A DNA stretch of 64,000 nucleotides from Ministeria vibrans ATCC 50519 (taxonomy: Eukaryota; Protista; Filasterea), in contig CALSCP010000388.1 in assembly GCA_943704425.1 (NCBI GenBank), positions 64,131-128,130 of the forward strand, read 5' to 3'. Of this stretch, positions 1-17,895 are shown piece after piece (within the stretch, counting starts at the first letter, position 1; every line of letters starts with the position of its first letter). Position numbers and translations under genes: made by a program. The notes below the pieces were generated by a model. That model was given only the letters and a program-made list of their open reading frames with translations. It ran no database searches and was not told where the DNA came from.

Positions 1-271
1 CGTGCAGAATGGCATGCAGCAGCCACCATGCAACGGCCGCCTTCAGGCCGTCCGACGAATAGACGGCTTGAAAGGCGGCGGCCGCTGATTCGGGGAGCGC
101 CGATCGGATGACGAGCCAAGCGCCCGTTGGATCGGTCAGGAGAAAGCCGAAATCGGCCCAGGTCGGACACGATGTGTTGTTGCACGACAGCAGAAGACCG
201 TACACGACAAGCGGCAACGACGTCATGATGAATAGCGCGCCGGGTGGGCCCATGAACTCATACTTGGTCAT
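1..271 (-). CDS. ERG24: Sterol C14-reductase (ERG24/TM7SF2/LBR family), N-terminal part; runs off the window start
   Basis: Manual translation from ATG at 271: MTKYEFMGPPGALFIMTSLPLVVYGLLLSCN...AAVAWWLLHAILH. It matches the family N-terminal (Y/L)EFGGPxGA-hydrophobic-LP pattern followed by a W-containing TM helix. Not in the ORF track. Confidence 0.72.
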   Translation of the reverse strand, partial: MTKYEFMGPPGALFIMTSLPLVVYGLLLSCNNTSCPTWADFGFLLTDPTGAWLVIRSALPESAAAAFQAVYSSDGLKAAVAWWLLHAILH

Positions 272-352
272 GGTGAAAATAAAAAGTGATTTTCTCAAAA
301 GGGAAAATCGATAATCATTAATCTCTTTCTCTCTTTTTTAGTGACCATACCC

Positions 353-2454
353 ATGTCCAAGTACGTGACGCAGACTGGAACCCTCGTCGCCGACGAAGAG
401 GATGATTTTTCCTATGACAAAGTGGATGTACAAGCGGTTGTCCCTGGCAACGCACATCTCGAACAGCCCGACGACAAACTCGATTTGATTGTTCGAAACA
501 CACTCACCACAAGGAGTGCAGACGAGCAGGGCGAGAAAAAGAAACAAGAAAACGTTGCCAGCGCCGGAACGGTACGTGTGAGTGCACACAAGGCGTCGCT
601 TCAAACACCACAAATATACACTCACTCTCCAAGTACGGACATAGGCTGCACCTGCGACGCGTTGCCCGACGCCTGAAGAGTTTGTTCGATTGTTCCTTTG
701 CCAAATGGGCTTGTTGCGCACGCTGGATACATTCGAAGAGGAGTGGAGCTGTCGTTTGCCCGACATTGAGCGACTCCACCTCTCAACAACCGTTGACGAT
801 GCTCTCCAGCGCAACACAGTCCTTGTCGAGGCCGCTCAGCGTGCCTCCGAGGAAGTACAACGTCTAAAACAAGAACTACAGTCTTCACACAAGAGCCAGG
901 TATACTACACCCAAAAAATGTTGTGTTATTTGCTCATACTTGTGTATGTGTATGTGCGTGTGTGTGCCATGAACACCCGTGTACATCATAATTATATAGG
1001 ACACTTTGCGAAAGGAGCGTGATTTTCACAAAATGCATCATCAACGAGTGATACAAGAGAAGGCTCAAGTAGGCGGAAGTCTACGTCGCTTGGAACAGCA
1101 AACAGAGCAACAAATGGCACCGTACATTGAGCGCCTGCGAGCCGAGGCAATGCGCGACGCTGACGCTGCACAACAGGAGACACGACGTCTCACTGCCGCC
1201 TTACACTCGGCGGGACTTTGCATCATGGAAGAGGCGACGACCAGTCGTAGTGGCACTACGTCCACGGGTATTAGAGAGTGCTACTCTTTGACACGAATTG
1301 ACACAGAGCAACCGCCGATCGCGATCACGCCCGATCGCGAGCACGGCGGGTGGGTGCAACGTGAACGATGGGCGAGCGAGCGCGAGCCAATGCCAATGGA
1401 CAAACTGATGATGCTCCGTTCATGGCAGAACGACAGCAACGGCGACAACGCCATGACAAACGAAAGCGACTTGCAAGATATCTGTGTGACGAGTGTTGTG
1501 GCGCACCAAAGCAAAGCATTGGCAGTGACTGCCGCGGGCGCGGACGGCCTGTGGCGACTGTGGTCGACGGAGACGGGCGCCAAAGTAATGGAGCAGCGCA
1601 GAGACACAACTGTGCCTCGCTCGTCGAGTCGTCACCATGCAGATCATCCAGTGGGCGTGGGCCGATGTGCGTTCGTGGGAAGTGCGGAGGGTACGCGAGT
1701 AATTACTGCACAGAGTTGGACGGGCGAGATGGGAGTGTGGGATTTGGCGCGTGGAGAGCGCATTGGGACACTGCCGGCGGTGGGGGGATCAGGCGGAGGA
1801 TCGGGAGGAGTGTGGGGACTGCGGGAGGCCGTGGGAGGTGGAGGAGTGGTGGGCACTGCGTCGGCGGATGGACTGGGGCGCGTGTGGGATGTTGAGAGAG
1901 GGATTGTGACGAGCGTGCTGGTGGGTCATGTGGCGTCGTCACGTGTGCTCTCGCTTGACTTTCGGGGCGGGTCCACCACGGAGATGTGCACAACAGCGCA
2001 AGACGGAGCAGTGTGTGTGTGGGACACGCGTATGGCAGCGTCATCAGCGACGACGAGTGAGTGCACGTGTAGTGCGCCAGTAATGCGACTGGTGGGTGCC
2101 AAGCGAAGAGTGCCCTGTGTGGACGCGGTGTGTGTGCGAGGTGGTGGCGTGGTGGTGGGCGACGCGGAGGGTATTGTGCGCCTTTGGGATCTCCGCAATG
2201 GTCGCAGCAGTGTGATTGGAGAGGTGTCCGAGGGTGCGGTGAACCAACTGGCTGTGGATTCGAGTGGATCCCTCGTGGCAGCTGCAGGTGCCAGCGGGAA
2301 AGTGCATGTATGGCGGGTGACGGGCGTCGGGGCAAGTGAGTGTCCTCTGAGCTATGCTGGTCATACGGCTGCTGTCCATTCGATTGCTTTTGATTCTTAT
2401 CATTCGGGTCTATTGAGTGCCACTGGGGACGGACTGGTTGCATTGTGGGCGTAA
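353..2454 (+). CDS. SPAG16: SPAG16/PF20-like axonemal central-pair WD40 protein (3 exons; introns 572-644, 900-999)
   Basis: LisH-like EEFVRLFLCQMGLLRTLDTFEEEW, the hallmark LRKERDFHKMHHQRVIQEK, then WD40 repeats (WRLWS, GVWDL, RVWDV, CVWDT, RLWDL, HVWRV, ALWA). GT-AG introns keep the frame. Confidence 0.87.
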
Positions 2455-3698
2455 ATACAAGCGTGATTTCAATGATCATAATAAATTTACTATGAAGGAA
2501 TAAGAATTATAATTAAAATAATAATAATTAAATTATTTATAATAATTATTAAAATTTTAATTAATAATAATTATTGGGAGTGATCAAAATGAATCTATAA
2601 TATGGATTTTTGATATTTCCATTTGCAGGTTTTTGCGCTTTATCAATCTTTACCCAAAAGCCCATTCGCAGGCAAAAAGTCGCGCACCGAGTTTTGACCG
2701 AGTCGGTTGCACAAAAGCCGGTCATCGTTCATACGAACGTAAAAACTTTAAACAGCTGTAACTCAAATAGACGAAAAAGGCGTTCCAGATGAAACAAGTA
2801 GTAATAGCAATCACTCCCAATTAATAATCCAAAATAATAATAATAATAATAATAATAATAATCATTAATAATAGTAAGAAAAAATTAATATTATAATTAT
2901 TATAAATTATATTATCTTGCAAGACATTGCGTCATTGCAAGTCGAATAACTCGAGGATTTTGATGGGATTAAATTCGTTGGCCCAATTACGGTCTTGTCA
3001 CTTATGAAGTTTACTATTCTCATATAAACCTAAAGGGACAACCAAAATGTTAAATAGTTCATTGTTGACATAAAAACTTCGCGAAAACACAAAAATTGAG
3101 AAAATGCTCAGTAAAAGAAGAAAAACGCGTAGAACACTACACGCAACATATCAAGCGATTGCAGGCCGTACTTTCAACCAAACCGCTGTGAACCCACCTA
3201 TATTAATGTTTTCATTCATCTCAAACACAGATCCGGCGGCAAAGTTGACATTAGCGGACAGAGGAGACGTTGAAAAATCGCTGAAAATCACAACGAAATC
3301 ACAACAACATTTTTCTTTCAAACCTTTGAATTGCTCTCGACAAGATTTATTTCGGCGGGAACGAACAGCCTTACACATCAAACAGGTATCCCTGTTAAGC
3401 TGGCTGGCACAAAACAGGAGAAAAAGAAGAATTCGTGTAATCGTGTTTTTTTTTTGGAGATTCTTAAAAGAGCGTGGACGCGAGAACTCCGTGGCAGCAT
3501 GGTGTCACTAACACTCTTAACATTTAACAAAGTGTGAAAGGCAATAGAGTACTAAAAAAAAGACGTGCAATTTTTCGTTCGGTTATTAAAATTGAAACCT
3601 TAACTAACTTTGGACTAACATTAATAGTGTTATCATAGTCATTCAGACCAAACCTCAAACCAAACTCAGACCTTCTTTTTTTTCTTTACTTATTTTCC

Positions 3699-4760
3699 AT
3701 GACTTACTCGGAGAGAGGCTCTCGCGTCCGACAAAAACCATTGTCATTGAACAACACGCATCGACGGCGCAGGTTGGGCGTGTGGATCTTTGCTGTGGGC
3801 GTCATTGTGCTGTGCGGCACAGCCGGATTTGTCATTCGCCCCGCTCTCTCCGAATCGACCTTCACCGCCGACTCGTGCGTCGCTTCCAACATCACAATGT
3901 TCAACGTCACCTGCTCCCACTCGATGGCGCCCTGTACACTGCTGATGGTAGGACACTCATGACCTCCTCATGACTCTAGATCCAGTCTATTTTTGTCTCA
4001 AATATATTTGACAAACAATTATGTGTTCTCGCTGACACAGGCGCTCACGACCAACGCCGGCCAACTCCCATGCTACTACACCGTCAATGATGCTTATAGT
4101 AGATCGTGTGCCTTCCATCCGTGTGGCGTAGAGCGCTCACTTCCCGCAGTGAATACCACTTTTTCGTGCTATGTGTCGAGGCAACAGCGAGCCGTCATCA
4201 TGCGAAAATTCTACAGCAAATCAGCCATTGTAAATGCGCTGCTGTGGCCCCTCCTCTCCATCACGCTTGGGATTGTCGTATTTGTCTCGGCACTAGGACC
4301 AGCGACGCCCGACGAGCAAAAGGCAGCCGAGGATCGTCAGCAGGCGCGAGAGCGACGCAGTCGCATGCAGAGACGTCTCAAGGAGGACCGACACAGAGTG
4401 CGTGCTCAGCAAGAACAGCAACGACGTCGTCAACAACAACGACAACAACAACAACGGCAACAGCAGCAACAGCAACGACACCAAAAGCGGTCGTCTACGA
4501 GGCAAACTCCTGTGCGGCAGTTGATGCGTGCCGAGGCATATCGGGACGAGGCACGTGAGGCCGAGATAGCCGAGCTACTCATGATCCACGCCGCACTCGT
4601 TGCCGCCAACAGTCCCTCCGACGCTCGTCCCTGCCTGCTGCATGGATCCTCCAACACCTCGCTGCCCAGCTACAGCAATAGTCAGCTTGAGTACCTTCCC
4701 ATGACTCAACTCCCGTCCAATATTAATCGCAGCGCGCAAACGCCGAATGAACTGGTATAA
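3699..4760 (+). CDS. Two-TM protein with Cys-rich extracellular loop, BK-channel beta subunit (KCNMB/CaKB)-like; Q/R-rich cytosolic tail (intron 3948-4040)
   Basis: TM1 LGVWIFAVGVIVLCGTAGFVI; loop with 7 Cys and sequons NIT, NVT, NTT; FSCY...AVIMRKFYSKSAIVNALLWP-TM2 resembles the KCNMB FxCY...VILxKLY...LFWP segment. Confidence 0.62.
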
Positions 4761-5154
4761 CGGTGTTGAAACATTGTATCCTTCAACACAAAGGAAGTAG
4801 TTGAAGTGTTCTAAGTTTACACATACAGTGAGTCATATACACACACACACACCCACACGTACTGTGAATCCTTCATAAATACTAACAAAGCAATTTTGCT
4901 TTTTGCGTCAAATGGACATTTTTTTTCGGGACATAAGACATTATCATAATATCGTCTAGACTCTAGAGGTGACAGTTCAGAGTTCTACCGAGTACCGACT
5001 AAATTCCGACTTATTCGACTACCGCCTACGGGTGAAGTATTGTGCTGCTTTTTGTTTTGTACTTTGTCTTGTTTTGACATCACTAATAATATTATTAATT
5101 TCATATTTTGACATATTTTTATAATCTTTTTCTCTCTTTCTTTTTTTCTTTGTC

Positions 5155-5674
5155 ATGACCGACAACGAGGAGGACGCTTCGAACGGTGCTGTGCTTTTGG
5201 CGTCGTACCTTGACTTGGCGGTTACGGAGCGACGAAGGGTGAGTGAGAGAGACAGTCAGTGATCAAACGAAAATGTTGCGAAAGATTCTTTTGCCTTGTC
5301 AGCAAGAAATGAAATCCTCGCTGAGCCAATGCGAAAGCGCACGCGAACTGCGAACACTCAGTGGGGTGTAAGCGTACGCCGTGCGTTGAATTCCCCGCTC
5401 TCTTTGTCGGCCCATGCGATCGTTGAAAATCTCGTCTCAACTCTCAGTGCGACTCTCTCTCGCTCTCCTTGGCATCTGCTGCCCTCGGGTGTCCATCTAG
5501 CAGTGTTCCGTGTTGCTGCACCACTTGTGATTGCTCTATGTGCACTAACTCGATCTGTGTTTTTTCCTCTCTCTCTCACTTTCCTCTCTCTCCATCCCTT
5601 TGTTTCTCTCTCCTTCTCCTCTCTCTCTCTATCACTTTTGTTCTCTCTCTCCTTCTCTCTCTCCTTCTCTCTCT

Positions 5675-5730
<56 letters not shown>

Positions 5731-5822
5731 NNNNNNNNNNTTCCTCTCTCTCCATCCCTTTGTTTCTCTCTCCTTCTCCTCTCTCTCTCTATCACTTTTG
5801 TTCTCTCTCTCCTTCTCTCTCT

Positions 5823-5917
<95 letters not shown>

Positions 5918-8013
5918 TATCTCGTCTATTGGTAGGGAGACCATTCCAAGTTTGTGGGTCTCTTGTCGGAGGTTGAGAGTGCGGTTGCGCCCGGTCAAGG
6001 CGAGCTACTCCGCCGCTGGATCGAGTCGTTTCGCGTTGCTATTGGTGCACTGGGCAAGGATCAGAGTTCGGTAGGCTGTTGCTGTCAAAGTGTTGATCTG
6101 ATAACAAGGATTCTCGTTGCAGCTGGTCGATTTGGTTTTGCGCGCTCCATGGGCAAGCCAGTCCGCCGAACTCGCACGCGACTACACAGACTTCATTGCG
6201 GAACTAGTGTCGACACATCCCTTTTACACAACGCGTGTTGTCGAAATGCTCGTGCAGCAGTTTGTACCAGCAGTACGTGTCAACAATAACACGCTGTCGA
6301 GCGAGTCCCAAGCCGCACCACCTGCTCTGGACGAGGCTCAATTCACCATGTGGCGCAATGTTCACGGTGCTCTTAAGACAGTGCTTGCGGCTGTGCCCAC
6401 CTCGTCGACGCCACTTGCAACTGCCCTGCGTCGTTTCTTTCCCCACCGCAAACGTCCGGCACCCGCACAAGAATGGTACACGCGCAATCTGCTTGTCATT
6501 TCTGCCTATCTACCTTCGCTACGACGCGACCTGTACCAACTCATCATCGGCAACATGGTAACATTGGATGTTGAAATTGGAGAAGACGACGAAGACGACG
6601 ATGACGACGATGACGACGATGATGAGTCAAGTTCGGACGGCGACTCGTCCGACTCGGACGCAATGGACGAAGACGACGACGACGCGGATGATGATGATGA
6701 TGATGACGATGATGGGAGAGGCAATGGGCATGACATGGCGATGCAAGAGGATGACGTAGGCCGTGACACAGTCGTTTTTGAGCTGGACGAGGACACGCAG
6801 CGACGCCTGGCACAAGAGGCGACCAAGCAGGCGCAGCTGGACCAGGCGCGGGCTCAGTCAGCCGAATTTCGTCTCAAGGTCGACGCCATGCTCGTGCTGG
6901 TGCTGGACGTGGCGCGCTCGAGTGCACGCGACGATCTGTTTCAGGTGCTTCTTGAGTGCTTCCAGGAGAGTGTTATGCCGACCCTCCATTGCAAGTACGT
7001 CCAGTTTATCATCTTCTTCATGGCCTCCCTCCGCCCCCACTCCTTTGCTCTTTCCTTCCTCGACATGTGCTACGATCGCATTGTCGACGACTGTCTTCCG
7101 GACCATCTCAGACACGTTGCTGTGTCCTACCTTGCTTCCTTTCTTGCTCGCGCCCGTTTTATTCCGACACAAACGGTAAGAGGAGAAAAATGTTGGGAAA
7201 AATGGGAGAAGATTCATTAATAATTCTTTTTTTCACATTATTAATTATTTTGGTTTGGGGCGATAGGTGTTGTGCTTCATGGAGAAGCTGTTCGCGTACG
7301 CAATGTGGTACACCGAAAACTACACGAAAAGCACCGCAGCGCACCCCCACGCACAATCCCAGTCACACACACAGCCATTGGATGTCAAGAGTCACTCTGT
7401 GTTCTACGCCGTCGCCCAGTCGCTTTTGTATCTGCAGTGCTTTCACCACGACGCACTCACCACCACCACCTCCACCCCCACAACACCCGCCATTGCCACC
7501 ACTGCCACTGCAGCATCAGGCACAGCAGCCACTGCCGCCATTGTGTCCTTCCCGTGGACCCGTCTCATCTCGTCGCCCCTCAACCCGCTCAATGCCGCCT
7601 TCCCAGCCATTGTGACACATTTTGCGCGTATTGCCAACGATGCTCAGCTGTGCTACTGCTACACCATCATCCAGCGCAACAAGCACATCCCCCTCAGCGC
7701 ATCCGACCTTCCCGCCTCCCTCTCCTACTTTCCCTTCGACCCGCATTACCCGGGTCCCCTCTCCCGCACCCACCTCGAACCACTTGTCCGCGAATGGTCT
7801 GACTCATCCACACACCACCACGACCACATGCCCTCCAGCAGCAGTGCCATCGACGCTTCCTCCTCCACCGGTGCTGCGAGTGCTGCAAGTGCTCGCCACC
7901 ACTCCGCCTCCCGTCTTTGCGTCGTGGGCACTCCCGACGATGACATGTCCACCACTCCCGAGTCCCCCTCAGTCCTTCTTCAGTTTCACAATAGCCCAAG
8001 CTTTGTCCTGTAA
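5155..8013 (+). CDS. RRN3: RNA polymerase I initiation factor RRN3/TIF-IA (multi-exon)
   Basis: FFPH...WYTRNLL, LDVEI followed by an acidic loop, [48 protein letters not shown]. Confidence 0.92.
5566..5915. repeat. Intronic (CT)n microsatellite spanning an assembly gap (N 5731-5740)
   Basis: Long CT runs; about 90 bp is repeated on both sides of the gap. Confidence 0.95.
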
Positions 8014-8050
8014 AACACAGATGTACACTTTGCAAATACAAAACAGAAGA

Positions 8051-9684
8051 CTATACAACGTTCTTCTCTAGAATCGGCTCATTGCGAGATATCCTATCGA
8101 GTCCCATTCGTCCCAAATCGATAGTTTCTATATAAAAAAGAGAAAAAAACGGGGGGGGGGGGGGGGGCTTAGTGAGCGTGGCTGGTTTGCTTTGTGTGCG
8201 TGTACGAAAGGAGCGATCCAGAATAAGTTCCGACAAAGCTCTGCCAATGGCTGGGCCATGTTGGAGCCCATGGCCGGAAAAGCCCGTTGCAACGAGCATG
8301 TTAGAGCACAGTGGAGCTCGGCCGATGAGCGCATTGCAGTCGAGCATATTCATGTCGTAGTGCCCTAATAAAAGAAATTAGTCTGTTTCTGTTTCTCTCT
8401 CCTTCTCATACCGGCCCACGCACCAACGACTCGAGCAGCATCAAAAACACCCGGAGCGCGGTCATAGAGCGCGGGCCAGAGACGATCGTGCCACATGGCA
8501 TCGTCGACAGAATAGTCGTCGACCTGTGCCTCGTCGTCTGGCTCGCCTGAACGCGGACACGCCCCGCAAATAAACCCCTGGCCCTCGGGTCGCACGTACT
8601 CCCCGCCACTATAAACGTAGAGAGTAGGTTTCGCATCAGTCGGAAGCAAACGAAAAAAAAGACAAAACGTGACAGTTTACGGGTTGATGATCATTGGGCA
8701 GTCCGGTGCGGGCTTTTCCGTCAGAAAATTGAAGACGAAGCGTTTGCGTGCGACCACCTTAAAACAAAAGGGGGGCAGGGTGAGAGAGAATACAGGAGGA
8801 GTCGCCATGTAATGATGCGTACGGGAATGTCAGAGACACCGGCGAGACGAGCAACGGCGGGAGAGGCAGTGCCAGCACAGACAACAAGCGAGCCCTCGGG
8901 AGCAAGAGTGATAGTGTCGCCCGTCGAGAGTGTCACGCTCTTGACGGAACGCGCGCTGACAAAGTTCTCATTCTTGTCGTAGTCTGTCTCGATGGCGACC
9001 GCCGACGCTGCAATATAAGTGGTGCCTGCAGCAATGGCTTTGCGACGAAACGCCTGTAGCAACTGGTACGCGTCCATCCAACCCTCACCACGCTCACCAT
9101 AGGCTGCCAGAGCAAAGTCAGATGTGTCCATCCACGGCCAGCGTGCAGACACTTCGGATGGCGTCAGAAGTGTCGTCTGCGCACCCAGACGGTTCTGCAA
9201 GGCAGTGTTCTCCTTCAGCGTTGCAGCGCCGCCTTGAGTCGCAAGAAAGAGATATCCTGCGCAGAAGACGGGACGCATTAGACCATGTAGCACACACACA
9301 CACACAGGCTGCGGCGCGACTGAAGATGCGCGTACCTCGCTCAACGTACGAGACAGAGACTGTCTCGTCTGCGGTCACTTGTAAATGATCATTGATGTTT
9401 TGGACAAAATCGATGCCAAAACGCGACATGCGGATGTTCTCTTCGTTGCTAAACTGTAGCCGGATGCCTCCGGCACTCAGAGGAGTCGCGGCACGCTTGT
9501 ACAACGGATCAGGCTCGAGACAGACGACTCGTTTGCCACTCTTTCGCGCGGTGACAAAGTGGGCTGTAGCGCTTCCCGAAAGAGCGCCTCCCACAATGAT
9601 CACGTCCGCTTCGCAAATACCACTCGAGTAGGGTCGCGCAAATGGAGTCACAAAGACGCGCGTGAGGAAGAGAAGACGAAACAT
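8051..9684 (-). CDS. FOXRED1: FAD-dependent oxidoreductase FOXRED1-like (DAO/sarcosine oxidase family), likely mitochondrial; multi-exon
   Basis: Presequence-like MFRLLFLTRVF; DVIIVGGALSGSATAHF; TPLSAGGIRLQFS; EGWMDAYQLLQAFRRKA; ATGFSGHGLQHGPAIGRALSELI; C-terminal EPILEKNVV. Confidence 0.88.
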
Positions 9685-9867
9685 TTAGTAATCAGAAATT
9701 CTGAATACGACGAGTGATGAAATATGAATTCAAAATTAATATTCATTTTCGCCCCTTTTGGTCTTCTCTCCGTCTGTGCATCGTGTCGAGTCTCGAGACC
9801 AATTGCTAAGCGGGCTGCCCCCTTCTTTTTTTGTCTTCGTGTTGAAACCGACCAAAACAGTCTTGTC

Positions 9868-10320
9868 ATGGTGCGCAAACGGTTGTGACTGACTTGGTTG
9901 CCATGTCGCTCTGTCCGTGGCCCATGTTGTTCTCCAAACTCATTTGTATCTGCTGTATGTGTGTAGGGCCGCGATGCACGCACCAAGAGAACGCGAAAGG
10001 TACGAAACAGCCGTTGCTAAGGTTTCGGTCGTTTGTAACAGCTTATCGTTTCTCATCTCTCACTGAAAGACGGTGGAGCCCTTTGTGATTCCCGGCTATG
10101 ATTGTGTGCGACCATCAGATTATGTGGGGCTGCCGGGTGCAGGAGCGCCCTTTTCGGAATTTCCTGTGATTGAAAAGTACATCAAAGACGCACAACCAGG
10201 TTCGTACATACGCGCTCAGCACGCGCTCAACAGTGTGTGTGTGTGTGAGAGAGGACGGGTTGCAGGGAGAAGACAGTGCATAATAAGTATTATATATGAT
10301 TCTATGTTAATATATTGTGT

Positions 10321-10365
<45 letters not shown>

Positions 10366-10928
10366 GCCAGTCAAAGTTTGGTATGAGTCTAAACATGGGG
10401 CTCCGACTGCTTAGCGCTTGTGCTGAGACCACTGCACCAGTTGCTGTACAACACGGCGGGCACTGCACACGAGATCAAGAGCAACCTGCGCAAGTTTTCG
10501 GGCTTTGTCCTTATCAATCCGGGGGACAAGGAGCGTCGTCGAGAGAAGCTGCACAGGAAACCCATCGGGGAGTTGCGGGCGTACGCCAAAATATTTGGAC
10601 TGGGAGCGCACGGAGAGCACAATGAGCTTGCTGAGCGCGTCTTCAAGTTCTGCCTCTGTCCAACGGTACGAACCTGAGCGGCTGTGAGTGGGTAGTAGTG
10701 CCCATGACCTACCGACTGGTGTTTATATAACTTAATAATAATTATTCTATATTAAATATTATATTTTGTGTGTACAGCATACATATTTGCAGAAAAATGG
10801 GTCACCTCCACCAGCCAAAACGAAATTCACATCAACACAACTGACAGAGCACAAGGAACAACGGAAGAAGGTGCTGCAGAAGACACTACCAAGCAAGAGC
10901 AAGAACGCGAGTAAGAAGCGCAAGCGAC

Positions 10929-10962
<34 letters not shown>

Positions 10963-11680
10963 AGAAGAAGAAGAAGAAGAAGAAGAAGAAGAAGAAGAAG
11001 AAGAAGAAGAAGAGTACGAGGGAAGTGAGAGCGATGAGGACAGTAGTGAGAGCGATGAGGACGGTCGTGAGAGCGATGAGTCTGTCTCGCACTCTCGCGG
11101 CAGCACGCGCACAGCATCCCCCACCAAAAAGAAGAAGACGACGACGACGACGAGAACAACGGCAACGACTGCTGCTGCTGCTGCTACTACTACTACTGGC
11201 AAGAGAACACCAGCGGGCACCAAACAACGCAAGAGTGACCCGCCGCAGACGGCGTTGTCAACGTTCGCCCGCCGCCAGAGTCCTCTTCCACCCGCACCCC
11301 GGCGCCCCTCCCGCAAGGCCTCCACCGCCCACATCTCATCCGACGAGCTCTTTCCCGTCCTGCCTGCCCTCAACATCTCATCAAAGTACACAAAGTGAGA
11401 GAGGGAGGAGAAAGAAACCAATTGATAGAGAGAAATGACACTCACACTCTCTCTGACACCCACTCACAGTGACGACCCCGAGATTGTCTCGGGGCTCAGC
11501 AATGCGTCACTGCGCACTGCAATTATCAGCATCCTCCACACTGTCGAGCTCGCAACCACTTCGCGTCGCAACGTCCGACAGCGTCTGATGGAGGACTATC
11601 CCTCCTTTGACTTTGAGACGCCGAAGAAGCCCCTTAATGCACTCATTGGTGAGCTCGCGCAGGAGCTCATTTTGAAATGA
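9868..11680 (+). CDS. DEK: Chromatin protein DEK (SAP-like region, poly-Glu tract, C-terminal DEK_C domain); start approximate
   Basis: PLHQLLYNTAGTAHEIKSNLRKFSGF, SAP-like IGELRAYAKIFGL...ELAERVFKF, (GAA)n poly-E at ~10931-11013, and DEK_C-like SLRTAIISILHTVELATTSRRNVRQRL. Confidence 0.82.
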
Positions 11681-11782
11681 AACAAACAATATTTCTTCCC
11701 ATTTCTCCGAACAAGGCGTAATATATTATTCAATGTTGACTGTATTTTGTAATCTGTATTCAAAATAATTCTCCCTATCATT

Positions 11783-13335
<1,553 letters not shown>

Positions 13336-14359
13336 TTATTATTATTATTTTATTGTGTCCTTGCGTGGTGACTGTATCCAGCACGATATATAAATGGGTT
13401 GTGTAGTATTGTATTCAATGTTGTTTATTAGTTGTATAATGGTTAGACTAATACTGCTTCTTATTTACCAGTGAGTGAGACTCCGCAGACTCAACAAGAA
13501 AGCGTGTTACTGTCACTCTCAGAGGTACACTTTGACACGATAAATAATAAATAATAAATATTAAAAGTCAAAAGACTCTATTTCTTTCAATACTAATAAT
13601 ATTATTAAATTCATTATTAATATAATTATTTTAAAATTTGCAATTAGGTTCAGAGAGTGATTTTGAGCGAACGAAAAGTGTTTGGCCAACTTCAAGCGAT
13701 TCTTCGCGAGCTGTGCGCCGTGTTTCGGGTGGAATCGCTAAAAGACCTTCTTCCGTCTGCTCGTCGGGTCGTGCCGCAGTGAGAGACACGCTCGAGACAG
13801 TTTGGATGAGAAGTTCTTTTTTTTTTTCTTCTTTTTTTTCTTTTTTTTTTGTACGTCTTACTTTGTGAATGAAAATAAGCGAGTCCGTTTACACCACGGT
13901 CGGTCTGGTCACCCCAGACACTTTAGACGATTGCATTGGCCGCTCGTCGATTCCCGTGCGTTCAGTCTGTCTATCTTATTACAATCTCGATTGGATCGCT
14001 TATTCGACGTCAGACAACGTCATAAACCTTTTCTGCCGATCCGAAGTCGAAACAAGAGGGCGTCGGCCAAAGCGCGTACACATCAGCTAGCTATGCCCTG
14101 TAGTAAGCAATGTATTGTGCATTTTGGTGCAGTCGGTGAGTCAGTGAAGGGAAATGGAGATCAGGAGAGTCACTCAGGATGCTTTTCGTCATATGTTTGC
14201 TTTTGCAATGACGCTGATACCAAACTGACTCCATCGCGACTCACAGTCACTTTTTTTCATTTATCCTTGTCCGAGGACCTACTCCACACCCACCCTCACC
14301 CGTCTGCCCCACCCTTGCCCTCCCGCCTGCCCCCGCAATCGCACACATCGTCTACTCAC

Positions 14360-17623
<3,264 letters not shown>

Positions 17624-17714
17624 AGTCATTTACAATTCTTATGTCAATCATTAATAAATTAATAATAATCCTTCAGACTAATAATAATACTTTAATACTT
17701 AAAAAATAGAAACA

Positions 17715-17747
<33 letters not shown>

Positions 17748-17750
17748 GAC

Positions 17751-17794
<44 letters not shown>

Positions 17795-17895
17795 TTAAAA
17801 AGAGAATCGATGCCAAATAAAATATAACTAAAATAGAGCAATGTTTTCGAGAGACTATCTCCTATTAACGAATGAGGTGCACGTTTAGTTTTATT

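Noticed and set aside
5581-5830. ~90-bp direct repeat flanking the N gap in the RRN3 intron
   Set aside because: Identical copies on each side of a gap in a microsatellite; typical overlapping contig ends rather than a mobile element.
5296-6074. ORFs of poly-SL/poly-ER (and similar poly-CV or poly-TH ORFs at ~10317, 12129-12629, 47902-48476)
   Set aside because: Stop-free frames created by intronic dinucleotide microsatellites.
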